Origin: an uncultured Gammaproteobacteria bacterium
GTDB lineage: Bacteria > Pseudomonadota > Gammaproteobacteria > SZUA-229
DNA: 64,000 bases
Assembly (NCBI GenBank): GCA_963768215.1
Contig: CAVYHW010000006.1
Coordinates: 426 to 64,425, forward strand
Direction: 5' to 3'
Position 1 is the stretch's first letter. Every line of letters starts with the position of its first letter. The notes beneath the pieces were generated by a model, which saw only the letters and a list, made by a program, of their open reading frames with translations, was not told where the DNA came from and ran no database searches. The translations under genes and the position numbers were made by a program. Positions 27,093 to 36,452 of the stretch are shown here, in pieces.

Positions 27093-27509
27093 ATGAGCAT
27101 CAATAATAGTAGTAAAGCCAAAAGTAGTCAGCAGCTGATTGAACTTTATGAGTCAATGGATGAAGAGCGAAAGCTGAGTTTGTGTGACTTCGCTGATTTT
27201 CTATACGCTAAAGCGGACCCGGTAAAAAAAGAAATTCTACCACCTGAGGACATACCTCGGCCTGAAGTCGAAACCGTGGTGGGCGCAGTAAAACGCCTTA
27301 AAAGTAAGTACCACATGGTTGAGAGTATGTCGGTATTTTCAGATGCCTCAGCCTTGATGACCGATCATATGGTGAAAGGCCGTGATTTAATTGAAGTTAT
27401 CGATGAAATGGAAATTTTATTTGAGAGCGCTTACAAAAAATTACTCGAGGCCGCTGGGCGTGAAAGTGGGCCGGCCAATTTGCAGGAAAGCGGGCAGGAC
27501 AGTGAATGA
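27093..27509 (+). CDS. hypothetical protein
   Basis: 138-aa ORF whose stop overlaps the next start (ATGA). No family recognised. Confidence 0.45.
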   Translation: MSINNSSKAKSSQQLIELYESMDEERKLSLCDFADFLYAKADPVKKEILPPEDIPRPEVETVVGAVKRLKSKYHMVESMSVFSDASALMTDHMVKGRDLIEVIDEMEILFESAYKKLLEAAGRESGPANLQESGQDSE

Positions 27510-28564
27510 TTGATGTAATTAAAGACTGGGTTGAAAAGCATTTTTCAGATCCACAGGCCATCTTACTTGTTACTTTACTGGTTCTTGGTGTTGTCCTTGT
27601 TTTGTACTGGGGACATATACTGACGCCTGTTCTGGCTGGAGTCGTTATTGCTTATGTTCTCGAAGGTCTTGTACGTAAACTGACTAAACTGGGGTTGCCA
27701 AGGTTCGTCGCCTTCATGATTAGTTACGCCCTGTTTATTACCTCTCTGGCAATGATTTTATTTGGCCTGGTGCCATTAGTGATTAGCCAGGTATCGCAAC
27801 TGGTGCTTGATTTTCCAAATATATTAAACAAGCTGCAACAGCTTATACTGACTATCCCGGAAAAATACCCGGTATTTGCCGATCAGGAAATCGAGAAAAT
27901 GCTTGGCAATTTTTCATCGGAACTGGTCAATATTGGACAGAAAGTGGTTTCAGTATCAATCAAATCGGCAGCGGATGTGTTTACTGTGCTGGTTTACCTG
28001 GTAGTGGTACCGTTACTGGTGTTTTTCCTGCTAAAGGACAAAGCTGCGATCCTGCAATGGTTCCGGCGATTTTTACCTGAAGATCGTGGGCTGGCTTATT
28101 CTGTATGGGAAGAAGTTGATTGCAAAATGGGCAATTATATTCGCGGAAAGATGCTGGAAATTGTTATTGTTGGTGTAGCCACTTTTATTCCTCTGAAAGT
28201 GATGGGAATGAATTATGCGGCCACCATGAGTTTGCTGGTGGGTCTGTCCGTTATTATTCCTTATGTTGGCGCCATTGCAGTAACTATTCCGGTAGCAATC
28301 ATTGCCTGGTTTCAGTGGGGCGCCAGCAGTGATTTTGTCTATCTAATGGTGGCCTACCTTGTGGTGCAGTTTATGGACGGTAATATCCTGGTGCCATTGC
28401 TGTTTTCTGAAGTAGTCAATATGCATCCGGCAGCCATTATTATCGCCGTACTTTTCTTTGGTGGACTCTGGGGTGTGTGGGGTGTGTTTTTTGCCATACC
28501 GCTGGCGACTTTAGTTCAGGCGGTAATTCATTCCTGGCCGTCGATTCAGAACCAGGAAGCTTAG
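27506..28564 (+). CDS. AI-2E/PerM-family transporter
   Basis: 352 aa with multiple TM segments. ...FLLKDK...IPYVGA...ILVPLLFSEVVNMHP. Confidence 0.8.
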   Translation: MIDVIKDWVEKHFSDPQAILLVTLLVLGVVLVLYWGHILTPVLAGVVIAYVLEGLVRKLTKLGLPRFVAFMISYALFITSLAMILFGLVPLVISQVSQLVLDFPNILNKLQQLILTIPEKYPVFADQEIEKMLGNFSSELVNIGQKVVSVSIKSAADVFTVLVYLVVVPLLVFFLLKDKAAILQWFRRFLPEDRGLAYSVWEEVDCKMGNYIRGKMLEIVIVGVATFIPLKVMGMNYAATMSLLVGLSVIIPYVGAIAVTIPVAIIAWFQWGASSDFVYLMVAYLVVQFMDGNILVPLLFSEVVNMHPAAIIIAVLFFGGLWGVWGVFFAIPLATLVQAVIHSWPSIQNQEA

Positions 28565-28570
28565 TAACTT

Positions 28571-28743
28571 TTCACCGCAGAGGCAAAGAGTGCACAGAGA
28601 AAAGCTTATTGTCCACAGATGAACGCAGATGAACACGGATAGAAGCTTCTTTTTATTCGCCAATGAACGTAAATAGAAACGTTTAATATTTATTTAAGTT
28701 TTTATCTGCGTTCATCTGCGTTCATCTGTGTTCATCTGTGGAC
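28571..28743. repeat. half family B arm followed by a family A palindrome
   Basis: TTCACCGCAGAGGCAAAGAGTGCACAGAGA, then GTCCACAGATGAACGCAGATGAACACGGAT ... ATCTGCGTTCATCTGCGTTCATCTGTGTTCATCTGTGGAC. Confidence 0.8.
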
Positions 28744-29546
28744 TAATTTCGATGATGTTTCTGGTAGTGTTTTTTCCTGTGCATTTTCCGGCTGCGGCTG
28801 TTCCATACCCACAGGCCACTGAGTGATAACCACAGCAGGGCGATGGCTGCGGTGTCCATCAGGTAGATGCCGTATTGCCCGAAGATTCGTCCACTGTGCA
28901 GATCGAGAACAACGCGTTCCAGTTTCAGGCCATTGCCGCGATAGGCAACAAGCAACTGCTGGTATTCAATGTCATTCAATGTATATTGTTCAGCCCACTC
29001 TATGCCTTCATTGATGATGACGTCCCAGTCCAGGATATGTTCGTCAGCCATGTAATACAGTGGCTCACTGGTTTCAATAACAGGGCGTTTATATTTGATG
29101 CCTAATCGCTGGATAGTACTAAAGCTGATCGTGGTAGAGATACGCTCAATAAATTCACCTTGATAAGATAACAGGATAATTTCGTTGTCCAGTGCGATAA
29201 CAATAAACTGTTCCGTAGCCACAGCGCCATGTATGTTTTGCTGTAGTGTGGTGATGGCATTATCATCAAAAAATAACTGATTTTGCCATGCGCTAATAAT
29301 ATGACTGCCCTGGTTGCCTGGCTGGTTATTTGTTACTCGATAGGACACTGGATCATCTTCAGGTTCAATGCCATACCAGTCTAATAACCATGAATTATTT
29401 ACATAGGTTTCGTCAAGTTTAAGACTGTCAGTATGATTTAACATGATGCCGGTAATCGCAAGAACAATGACCAGCGCCAGTGCAGTTAAACCAATACGAC
29501 GGTGCCATAAAAAAGCAGTAAATTTTTTCGGCTTACGGTTAGTCAT
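28743..29546 (-). CDS. PepSY-associated TM-helix family membrane protein
   Basis: 267 aa. LWHRRIGLTALALVIVLAITGIMLNH and C-terminal LHSGRIFG...WLSLSGLWVW. Confidence 0.7.
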   Translation of the reverse strand: MTNRKPKKFTAFLWHRRIGLTALALVIVLAITGIMLNHTDSLKLDETYVNNSWLLDWYGIEPEDDPVSYRVTNNQPGNQGSHIISAWQNQLFFDDNAITTLQQNIHGAVATEQFIVIALDNEIILLSYQGEFIERISTTISFSTIQRLGIKYKRPVIETSEPLYYMADEHILDWDVIINEGIEWAEQYTLNDIEYQQLLVAYRGNGLKLERVVLDLHSGRIFGQYGIYLMDTAAIALLWLSLSGLWVWNSRSRKMHRKKHYQKHHRN

Positions 29547-29584
29547 TATTACTTGTTATCTTGTCTATTTTATTGTGCAGTGTT

Positions 29585-30148
29585 TCATTGAGTGTTCTGC
29601 TCCTGAACTGTCTGTTCCCGAATCGACTGGTCCCAAATTGTCTGATCTAATAATAAAGCAATTTGTGCAAGCTTTTTAACAGCGCGTACCGACAGGGTGG
29701 CACCAGAAATATTATCTATGGTTTTATCCAGCTGAAGGTTTTCTTCAAGTTTTGCCTGCTTGAACTGATCGGTAAAGAAATCATGGCGAACTTCCCAGCC
29801 ACGGCTTTCCCTGAAGGCCAGTACTTTAACCCGTTCGATTTGACGATTATTTATCACAATGCCGGTGGTAATCGGTTTTTCCTTACCGATTTCTTCCAGT
29901 ACCCAGGCTGACTTTTTATCTTTCTGCCAGTATCTGATACGTAGGCCGTTGTATTTATGGTCAAGTATATCTGTAATCTGTTTTTTTAAATCTTTGTTTA
30001 ACCATAACACTTCTGCTTTAGGCGGCTTGTTATCAAAAACCTCGTTGATAAAATTAGCAGGTTGTTGATAGACACCACCAGCCAGTGCTGCAGAACTACT
30101 TATTAGAGTGAGCAGGGTAAGAACAGAAATTTTCAGATATTTTTGCAT
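29585..30148 (-). CDS. periplasmic FMN-binding-domain protein with flavinylation motif
   Basis: 187 aa with a signal peptide. IDNISGATLSVRA matches the NqrC/RnfG-type [ST]GAT covalent-FMN site. Confidence 0.75.
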   Translation of the reverse strand: MQKYLKISVLTLLTLISSSAALAGGVYQQPANFINEVFDNKPPKAEVLWLNKDLKKQITDILDHKYNGLRIRYWQKDKKSAWVLEEIGKEKPITTGIVINNRQIERVKVLAFRESRGWEVRHDFFTDQFKQAKLEENLQLDKTIDNISGATLSVRAVKKLAQIALLLDQTIWDQSIREQTVQEQNTQ

Positions 30149-30166
30149 ATCTTTTAATTAGATTCT

Positions 30167-30237
30167 TGTAGGTTCGAATTTATTCGGACAACGGCGCCAA
30201 TATTCGATCGTGTTGTCCGAATAAATTCGAACCTACA
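30167..30237. repeat. perfect 26-bp-stem hairpin between the porin and FMN-binding genes
   Basis: TGTAGGTTCGAATTTATTCGGACAAC - 19 nt - GTTGTCCGAATAAATTCGAACCTACA. Confidence 0.85.
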
Positions 30238-30322
30238 TTTAACAATTTCAGGCCTCATATTAAACCTGGTCGTTTGCAGCGATGTTGTAAAATATCGGTA
30301 TATATTATAGTAAAAGACATCC

Positions 30323-31456
30323 CTAGAACTGATAACCGATGCCCAGGTTAAAGCCATCAAAATCACCGGCGGCATCATTTTGGGCCTGGTAGTCGGCTTT
30401 TAACACAACATTTTCGTGGGGCCAGTAGTTAAAACCAATATCCGTTTGCGATTTAGAGGTATCACCCGTACCGCCATTGTCCCATTCGTTCTGCCGAACA
30501 AAGATGCCGAATGCAGGGTTAATTTTATAGGAGGCTTCAAGGTAACCGCCATCCTGTGTGTCTTTGTTTTTATCAGCTTGTGTAGCTGCTGCATCAACGT
30601 CGATATCCCAGCGGGCGTATAGACCGGTTAGAGTGAAATCAGCGATATTCCAGCGAGCGTGTGCTTCGACCATTGTGGCGCCATTTATATCGTCGCTTGA
30701 ATCCTGTGTCATATCATCCTGTGCCTGAACAGTGCCAGAAAGTTCCAGTCCAGCTAAGCCAGTATATTTAACACGAGCAGTAAGTGCTAAATTGTCAGCG
30801 CTGGCTTGCGAAGTTTTCTGACGACCGCCCCGAATATCTGTGCCGCCATTTAAACCGCTGGTTAAAGCCAGATCATAGCTGAAACCGGAACTATGTTGAC
30901 CGGATAACATGGCGCCGCCTTCCCACCAGGTGGTTGGAATAATGTTTTTCTCAACCGGGTTGCGTTCTACACCGTAGAAAGTTGTGGGTTCGTGGGTTTC
31001 GTTTAATATGCCCACCGGGATCAAAAATACACCGGCATTGGCCTGAGTGTTATCATTTAAATCGAACTGAATGTAAGCCTGTTCCACCTCAACTGCACCA
31101 CTGTTCGAGCCATCAGCAGTATCCTCGACAAAGGCGTGCTCAATTTCAAATTCAGAGAAAAAACGAATGCTGTCATTGAATTCATGATTGATAAAAATTA
31201 CGAATCGATGCAAATCCAGTTCTTTTTTATTGACGCCCTGGTCATTGCTTAAGTTGTTGTAATGCAGTTCACCGTAACCGCCAATGGTGGTATCGCTGGT
31301 TCTGCTTTTACTGTTTTCTTCCACCTGATCAGCTAACTGATTAAACTGTTGCTGCAGGGCCTGAAATTCTTCGTCGCTTACCGCGTAAGCTGATTGTGTC
31401 AGACCGATTGTAATAGCAGCAAGTAAGGTGCTTTTAACTGTATAGTGATGTTTCAT
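30323..31456 (-). CDS. outer-membrane porin (unclassified)
   Basis: 377 aa with a signal peptide. N-terminal coiled segment, alternating beta-strand pattern, C-terminal ...GIGYQF. Confidence 0.7.
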   Translation of the reverse strand: MKHHYTVKSTLLAAITIGLTQSAYAVSDEEFQALQQQFNQLADQVEENSKSRTSDTTIGGYGELHYNNLSNDQGVNKKELDLHRFVIFINHEFNDSIRFFSEFEIEHAFVEDTADGSNSGAVEVEQAYIQFDLNDNTQANAGVFLIPVGILNETHEPTTFYGVERNPVEKNIIPTTWWEGGAMLSGQHSSGFSYDLALTSGLNGGTDIRGGRQKTSQASADNLALTARVKYTGLAGLELSGTVQAQDDMTQDSSDDINGATMVEAHARWNIADFTLTGLYARWDIDVDAAATQADKNKDTQDGGYLEASYKINPAFGIFVRQNEWDNGGTGDTSKSQTDIGFNYWPHENVVLKADYQAQNDAAGDFDGFNLGIGYQF

Positions 31457-31498
31457 TTATGAGCTCCAGAAAATATTTTAGGTATTATACCGGTCCTT

Positions 31499-31524
31499 AA
31501 TGCAAATGCAAATGATTCTCATAT
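31499..31524. promoter_or_regulatory. weak Fur-box-like AT hexamer run in the porin / 31643 divergent promoter region
   Basis: AATGCAAATGCAAATGATTCTCATAT. About 11/19 match to GATAATGATAATCATTATC by hand alignment. Confidence 0.25.
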
Positions 31525-31642
31525 AGATTTAGATAGGCAATATGGGGTAGGTTGTGTGACATAAGGGATAGAGAACTTATATCTGTGGTTTTAACCGGCC
31601 TGGGAACAGGTATAATTCACCGATGTTTTTTAGGAGTAGGTA

Positions 31643-32485
31643 ATGCTTAAGCCGGTCCACCTTTTTGTTTTGCTGTTATTGTTCTGTTCGCCAGTGATGG
31701 CAGGAACTATTGTTGAAATACAAAATAACGATGAACTGACGACGGCAATAACGGATGGAGAAAAAATCCGAATGGACATGTCGGCATCAGAATATATTGT
31801 TGTGGACTACCGTGATCACAGTGTCAATGTTATAAATCCTCAAAAACAGCAGGTCATGTTTCTCAATGCCAAAGATATGGCGGCAGGCAACAATGCGGCT
31901 TTGGTCAAGATGTCGATAAAACCGCTAGGTAATGGCCAGGCTATAGCCGGTTATAAAACACAGAAGTTCAGTTATCTGGCGAATGGCAGAACCTGTGGTG
32001 TCATTTACGGTTCAATGAATGCCTACCAGGAGAAAGGCGTTAAAGAATTACTGCAAGCAATGAAAGCCATGATGGAAAAGCAGCGTGCGGCCCTGGGTGG
32101 TTTTGCCAGCCTGGTTGATGATTGCACTTTAGCTGATATGCAGCTGATCGATCATGTAAATACGGTCGGCCTTCCTATGCGTACTGAAAAAAATGGCCGT
32201 GTTGAGCTTGAGGTTAAAGCAATCAAGGTAGATGTGGCTTTACCTGACGACACATTTCTTGTTCCGGCTTCATACAAAATGCTGGGTGCAAAAAAGCCGC
32301 TAAATACCGTGTCAACAGATGATTCAAAGCAACAACAGCAGCATGAGCAGCAAAGACAACATGAAAGGCAAAGGCAGCAAGCCCAGAATCGGCAGTCCAG
32401 GCAGCCATCTCAGCAATCCTGGCCTCAGCGCTCATGGCAACAGGGACCGAGAGTGATGCAGCGCTATCCACGGCCGGGTTATTGA
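31643..32485 (+). CDS. secreted protein (possibly DUF4412-like) with Gln/Arg-rich tail
   Basis: 280 aa with a signal peptide. The C-terminal ~45 aa are QQQQHEQQRQHERQRQQAQNRQSRQPSQQSWPQRSWQQ. Confidence 0.5.
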   Translation: MLKPVHLFVLLLLFCSPVMAGTIVEIQNNDELTTAITDGEKIRMDMSASEYIVVDYRDHSVNVINPQKQQVMFLNAKDMAAGNNAALVKMSIKPLGNGQAIAGYKTQKFSYLANGRTCGVIYGSMNAYQEKGVKELLQAMKAMMEKQRAALGGFASLVDDCTLADMQLIDHVNTVGLPMRTEKNGRVELEVKAIKVDVALPDDTFLVPASYKMLGAKKPLNTVSTDDSKQQQQHEQQRQHERQRQQAQNRQSRQPSQQSWPQRSWQQGPRVMQRYPRPGY

Positions 32486-32504
32486 TTTAAAGCAAAAAAT
32501 ATAT

Positions 32505-32614
32505 TTCACCACAGAGGCACAGAGGACACAGAGAAAAACTTTGTTATTGTTAGCTGCGCCATTGGCGCAGCTAACATAAAAAAACCTCTGTGTCCTCTGT
32601 GCCTCTGTGGTGAA
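32505..32614. repeat. family B palindrome between convergent genes
   Basis: TTCACCACAGAGGCACAGAGGACACAGAG ... CTCTGTGTCCTCTGTGCCTCTGTGGTGAA. Inner hairpin TAGCTGCGCC-att-GGCGCAGCTA. Confidence 0.8.
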
Positions 32615-32626
32615 ATATTATTTCTG

Positions 32627-33187
32627 TTATTTGCCTTTAATTCTTACTGGCCCCTGGTTCTGCGGGCGTTTTCCTTTAATGTTCCTGTAAAAATCAGCAA
32701 TAATTTTCATGTCCGATTCAATATCTCCACTAATATGTATCATCTGTTTAAAACCCAGTGATCGGGTACTGTAGTCAATATAACCTAAGCAGACAGGTGC
32801 ATTAGCGGACACGGCAATATTATAAAAACCACTTCTCCAGTACTCTGTTTTTGAGCGTGTGCCTTCCGGTGCGATGGTAAGTATCATTTCTTCACTGTGA
32901 TTAAATCTATCTGCAATGGCATTAATAAGCCCATGTGGAGAACTGCGGTCAACCGGAATACCACCCAGGGCAGTGAACAGGTAGTACAGCGGGCCACGAA
33001 ATAGCTGTTTTTTAGCCAGCCAGTAGATTTTTGGTTCGATTGTCCAGAAAGCGAGCAGGGCGAGTGGAAAGTCCCAGTTACTGGTATGAGGGGCGCCGAT
33101 CAGAATAAATTTTTTTTCTTTGGGCAGTTGAATTTCAAGTGTCCAGCCAAACAGTTTTAAAACAAAGTGTGCGAACTTTTTTAGCAT
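32627..33187 (-). CDS. PlsC-type 1-acyl-sn-glycerol-3-phosphate acyltransferase family protein
   Basis: 186 aa. H(x)4D motif HTSNWD and later ...APEGTRS. Confidence 0.75.
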   Translation of the reverse strand: MLKKFAHFVLKLFGWTLEIQLPKEKKFILIGAPHTSNWDFPLALLAFWTIEPKIYWLAKKQLFRGPLYYLFTALGGIPVDRSSPHGLINAIADRFNHSEEMILTIAPEGTRSKTEYWRSGFYNIAVSANAPVCLGYIDYSTRSLGFKQMIHISGDIESDMKIIADFYRNIKGKRPQNQGPVRIKGK

Positions 33188-33264
33188 TTATGTATGACCG
33201 ACTTTTAGCGCTGACTTTGGTGCAGGTATTATTGTCCCAAACCGATAGTAAAAACTATGCACTT

Positions 33265-35031
33265 TCAGTCCATCGTCGTTGAGTTAGACCAGTGCTGCTG
33301 TTTGGCGAGATGAAGTTTTTTATAACCTTCAAGCAGTTTTTTATGTGTGTTAAAACCTTCAAGCACCAGGCCAGGGCTGTGTAAGCCAAAAAAGTTTTCT
33401 TTGCCTGAAATTACATCCAGGCAGTTTTTCAGCATTTGTTCTTCAAACAGTAATTTAAGGCTGTCAGTGTAATCTTTTAACTGCCGCTGATTATCCATAT
33501 TGATTTCAAGTAAAGAGCGAAGACATAAATAGAAGCGTGTTGCCTCGTTATCAAGCTGGTCAATATGTAAACACCAGTTGACCCAGTCAATAGCTTCATC
33601 ATTTTTTAAGGCGAGGTATAACATGGCTTTCAGCTCGCCAATACGTAATCGCGCCCATGCTGTGTTCGGATCGGGCGCTACACCAATAAATTCTGCGACA
33701 CGCTGAAAATCATTGTAACCGCCTTCTTCCAGTCTGATGAGAATGGATTGCCATTGTGCTTCATCAAGCTGTTTTAATGAAAGGATTTCTTCACGAAATA
33801 ATGCGCCTTCGTTATTATTGTTCCACACCAGGTCATCTACAGGATAAATGTCCGACATGCCCGGTACAATTATGCGACAGCAATATACCCCTAAATGTTC
33901 GTAGTCAGAGATGTAAATGTCAAAACCCAGCTGCTGGATGGTCTCGCAAAGATAAGTGAATTCATCTGTGGTGGAAGCATCATGGTCCCAGTCGAAAAAT
34001 TCATAATCAGCTTTGTTTTTAAAGAAGTCATAAGCAATTAAACCGCTGGAATCAATAAAATGTGTTTCCAGGTTATGGTGGTCTGCCACTTCATCAAAAT
34101 CAAAACTGGGTGATTGAAAACCGTCAAGCTGGTCCAGATCGCGTCCCTGCAATAATTCTGTAACCGTACGCTCTAATGCAACCTCAAAACTTGGATGGGC
34201 GCCAAATGATGCAAACACGGTTGCATTGGAGGCATTAATTAAAGTTACGCTCATAACCGGGTAACGTCCTCCTAAAGAGGCATCCGCTATGCGTAAATGG
34301 TAACCATGTTGCTCAAGTTTACTGATGGCTTCAACAATCTGCGGGTAGCGTTGTAACACTGACTCTGGCACTTCGGGCAGGCAGATGCCTTCGGCAATGA
34401 TTTTGTTTTTAATATAACGCTCAAAAACTTCTGACAGGCTTTGTACGCGGGCCTCATTGCTGGTATTGCCCGCTGACATGCCATTACTGACATAGGAGTT
34501 TCCGATAATGTTTACCGGGAACCATATGTTTTTGCCATCACGTAAACGATGGTAGGGGCAGGCGCAAATGCCGCGTTCCCCAGTGCCGGAATTGGTATCG
34601 AAAATCTTTGAGGCGGTAAGTTCTTTGTCCGGGTCGTAATATGCCCAGAGCTTTTCATCAAGAAGTCCCTCTGGTATTTCGTCACTACCATTTTCAGTTT
34701 TTAACCAGCGCTCGTCAGGATAGTGAACAAACTCAGCATTGACAAAATCCTGCCCCAGGTAAAAATCTGCAAAAAAGTAATTACAGCTTAAACGTTCAAA
34801 ATGTTCGCCCAGCGCACTGGCCAGGCAGGATTTTTTTGTAGTGCCTTTACCATTGGTAAACATTAAAGCGCAGTCTTTGTCCCGGATATGGACTGAATAA
34901 ACATTGGGCACCGGGTTTAACCAGGAGGCTTCTTCAATATCGATATTTAAGGCCTTTAGTTTTGCCAGCATTGAATCAATGGATTCTTCCAGTGCCGCGT
35001 CTTTGCCTTTGATAAAAGTTTTTTCAGTCAT
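33265..35031 (-). CDS. ycaO: YcaO-family protein (E. coli YcaO type)
   Basis: MTEKTFIKGKDAALEESI...EEASWLNPVPNVYSVHIRDKDCALMFTNGKGTTKK is close to E. coli YcaO. The start at 35031 overlaps the upstream stop (ATGACTGA). Confidence 0.9.
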   Translation of the reverse strand: MTEKTFIKGKDAALEESIDSMLAKLKALNIDIEEASWLNPVPNVYSVHIRDKDCALMFTNGKGTTKKSCLASALGEHFERLSCNYFFADFYLGQDFVNAEFVHYPDERWLKTENGSDEIPEGLLDEKLWAYYDPDKELTASKIFDTNSGTGERGICACPYHRLRDGKNIWFPVNIIGNSYVSNGMSAGNTSNEARVQSLSEVFERYIKNKIIAEGICLPEVPESVLQRYPQIVEAISKLEQHGYHLRIADASLGGRYPVMSVTLINASNATVFASFGAHPSFEVALERTVTELLQGRDLDQLDGFQSPSFDFDEVADHHNLETHFIDSSGLIAYDFFKNKADYEFFDWDHDASTTDEFTYLCETIQQLGFDIYISDYEHLGVYCCRIIVPGMSDIYPVDDLVWNNNNEGALFREEILSLKQLDEAQWQSILIRLEEGGYNDFQRVAEFIGVAPDPNTAWARLRIGELKAMLYLALKNDEAIDWVNWCLHIDQLDNEATRFYLCLRSLLEINMDNQRQLKDYTDSLKLLFEEQMLKNCLDVISGKENFFGLHSPGLVLEGFNTHKKLLEGYKKLHLAKQQHWSNSTTMD

Positions 35032-35680
35032 GGAGTTTGAGTTGTAATTGTTGAATTTGTTTAGTGTGCATTTTGCCAAGCAGGGTCAATGCGATGATGG
35101 CGCCAGATAATGCCCATGCCATATCAGATTGTGTGTCCCAGACGTAGCCCTGAGTGCCCAGAAACGCTGCAGCAGCTTCCTCGCTTAGCAGGGCAACCCA
35201 CCATTCGATTAATTCATAAAATGCACTTAAAGCCAGGCAAAAACATACAGTAAAAAAAGGCGTAAAGAACTTATGATTGATTATTTGTCGCCGTATAATA
35301 ATTTCACGGCAGATAATAGCGGGCACAAAACCCTGTGAGAAATGTCCCAGTTTATCGAAGTTGTTTCTTGACTGGTCAAACATTTCCCTGATGGCGTCAA
35401 ACAGCGGGACCTCGGCATAGGTGTAATGCCCGCCAACAAAAAGTATCCAGCTAAACAATAAAATAAGTGTGTAGCACAAGGTGGTAAGCGGGAAACATTT
35501 GCGGGTGAAAACTAAAATAATAAAGCCAATAACAGCGGGCGCGACTTCAAGTACCCAGGTAATGAAATCTTTAGGATGGATGGCTGACCAGAAAAAAACG
35601 GCAAGAAATAATGCCGTCCAGACTACAGGCCATACAGAGGTATAAGGTTTTAAGCTTGTTGGCATTATGTTTGGTTGCAT
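35024..35680 (-). CDS. DUF2238 (YjdF-like) membrane protein
   Basis: 218 aa, multi-TM. GGHYTYAEVPLFD...NNFDKLGHFSQGFVPA. Confidence 0.7.
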   Translation of the reverse strand: MQPNIMPTSLKPYTSVWPVVWTALFLAVFFWSAIHPKDFITWVLEVAPAVIGFIILVFTRKCFPLTTLCYTLILLFSWILFVGGHYTYAEVPLFDAIREMFDQSRNNFDKLGHFSQGFVPAIICREIIIRRQIINHKFFTPFFTVCFCLALSAFYELIEWWVALLSEEAAAAFLGTQGYVWDTQSDMAWALSGAIIALTLLGKMHTKQIQQLQLKLHD

Positions 35681-35720
35681 TATTATGGATGTTAAAAGTT
35701 CTATTTGTTGAAATGCAGTT

Positions 35721-35858
35721 CCTCAGCGAGTATGGGACTGAGGGTGGGGTTATTGATTTATCAGGACGCGTGAATACATCCATGTAAGCTCTGCTGCAAC
35801 GTCCTGTTGCAGAAACCTGATAAATTAATAACCACACCCTCGGGATGTACACACTGAG
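35721..35858. repeat. long imperfect hairpin element (family K-like)
   Basis: CTGAGGGTGGGGTTATTGATTTATCAGG ... CCTGATAAATTAATAACCACACCCTCGG. Inner hairpin CTGCAAC-gtcctg-TTGCAG. Confidence 0.6.
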
Positions 35859-35877
35859 TAGTAACGTTTGAAATTAC

Positions 35878-36354
35878 TTAAGTAGGGGCGCCCTTATGTG
35901 CCTTGCATGCTGCCAGTACTTCATCGACATGGCCTTTAACTTTTACACCGCGCCATTCTTCCAGTAGCTTACCGTTTTCATCAATTAGAAAAGTGCTGCG
36001 CTCTATGCCCATGTATTCCTTGCCATAGAGTTTTTTCAGTTTGATCACATCAAACTGTTGACACAGGGACTCATCTTCATCAGAAAGCAAATCGAAATTA
36101 AAATTCTGTTTTGCTTTGAAATTTTCGTGTCGTTTCATGCTATCACGTGAGACACCGAATATGACTGTATTCAGTCGGCTAAATTTTTCTTTGGCGTCAC
36201 GAAAGTTCTGGCCTTCAGTGGTACAGCCGGGTGTGCTGTCCTTGGGGTAAAAATAAAGGACCACTTTTTTTCCACTCAGATCCTTCAGGCTGATTGTTTT
36301 GTCACCTGTGGAAGGGCGTGAAAAATTTTTAACTTTATTGCCAATTTTTACCAT
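35878..36354 (-). CDS. bcp: peroxiredoxin Bcp
   Basis: 158 aa. FYPKDSTPGCTTEG. Confidence 0.9.
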   Translation of the reverse strand: MVKIGNKVKNFSRPSTGDKTISLKDLSGKKVVLYFYPKDSTPGCTTEGQNFRDAKEKFSRLNTVIFGVSRDSMKRHENFKAKQNFNFDLLSDEDESLCQQFDVIKLKKLYGKEYMGIERSTFLIDENGKLLEEWRGVKVKGHVDEVLAACKAHKGAPT

Positions 36355-36452
36355 GTTTAGTTACCTGACAGGAAAATCATTATTTTTAATTGTGTTAACG
36401 CTTTTGTGTTAGTCCCGGGCCATTGCATTATGAGTGTAGCCGGGGCTTCAGT

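Noticed and set aside
30167-30237. The GGTTCGAAT motif suggested a tRNA T-arm.
   Set aside because: It is part of a perfect 26-bp palindrome. No acceptor, D or anticodon arms can be drawn. I found no convincing tRNA cloverleaf anywhere in the window by eye.
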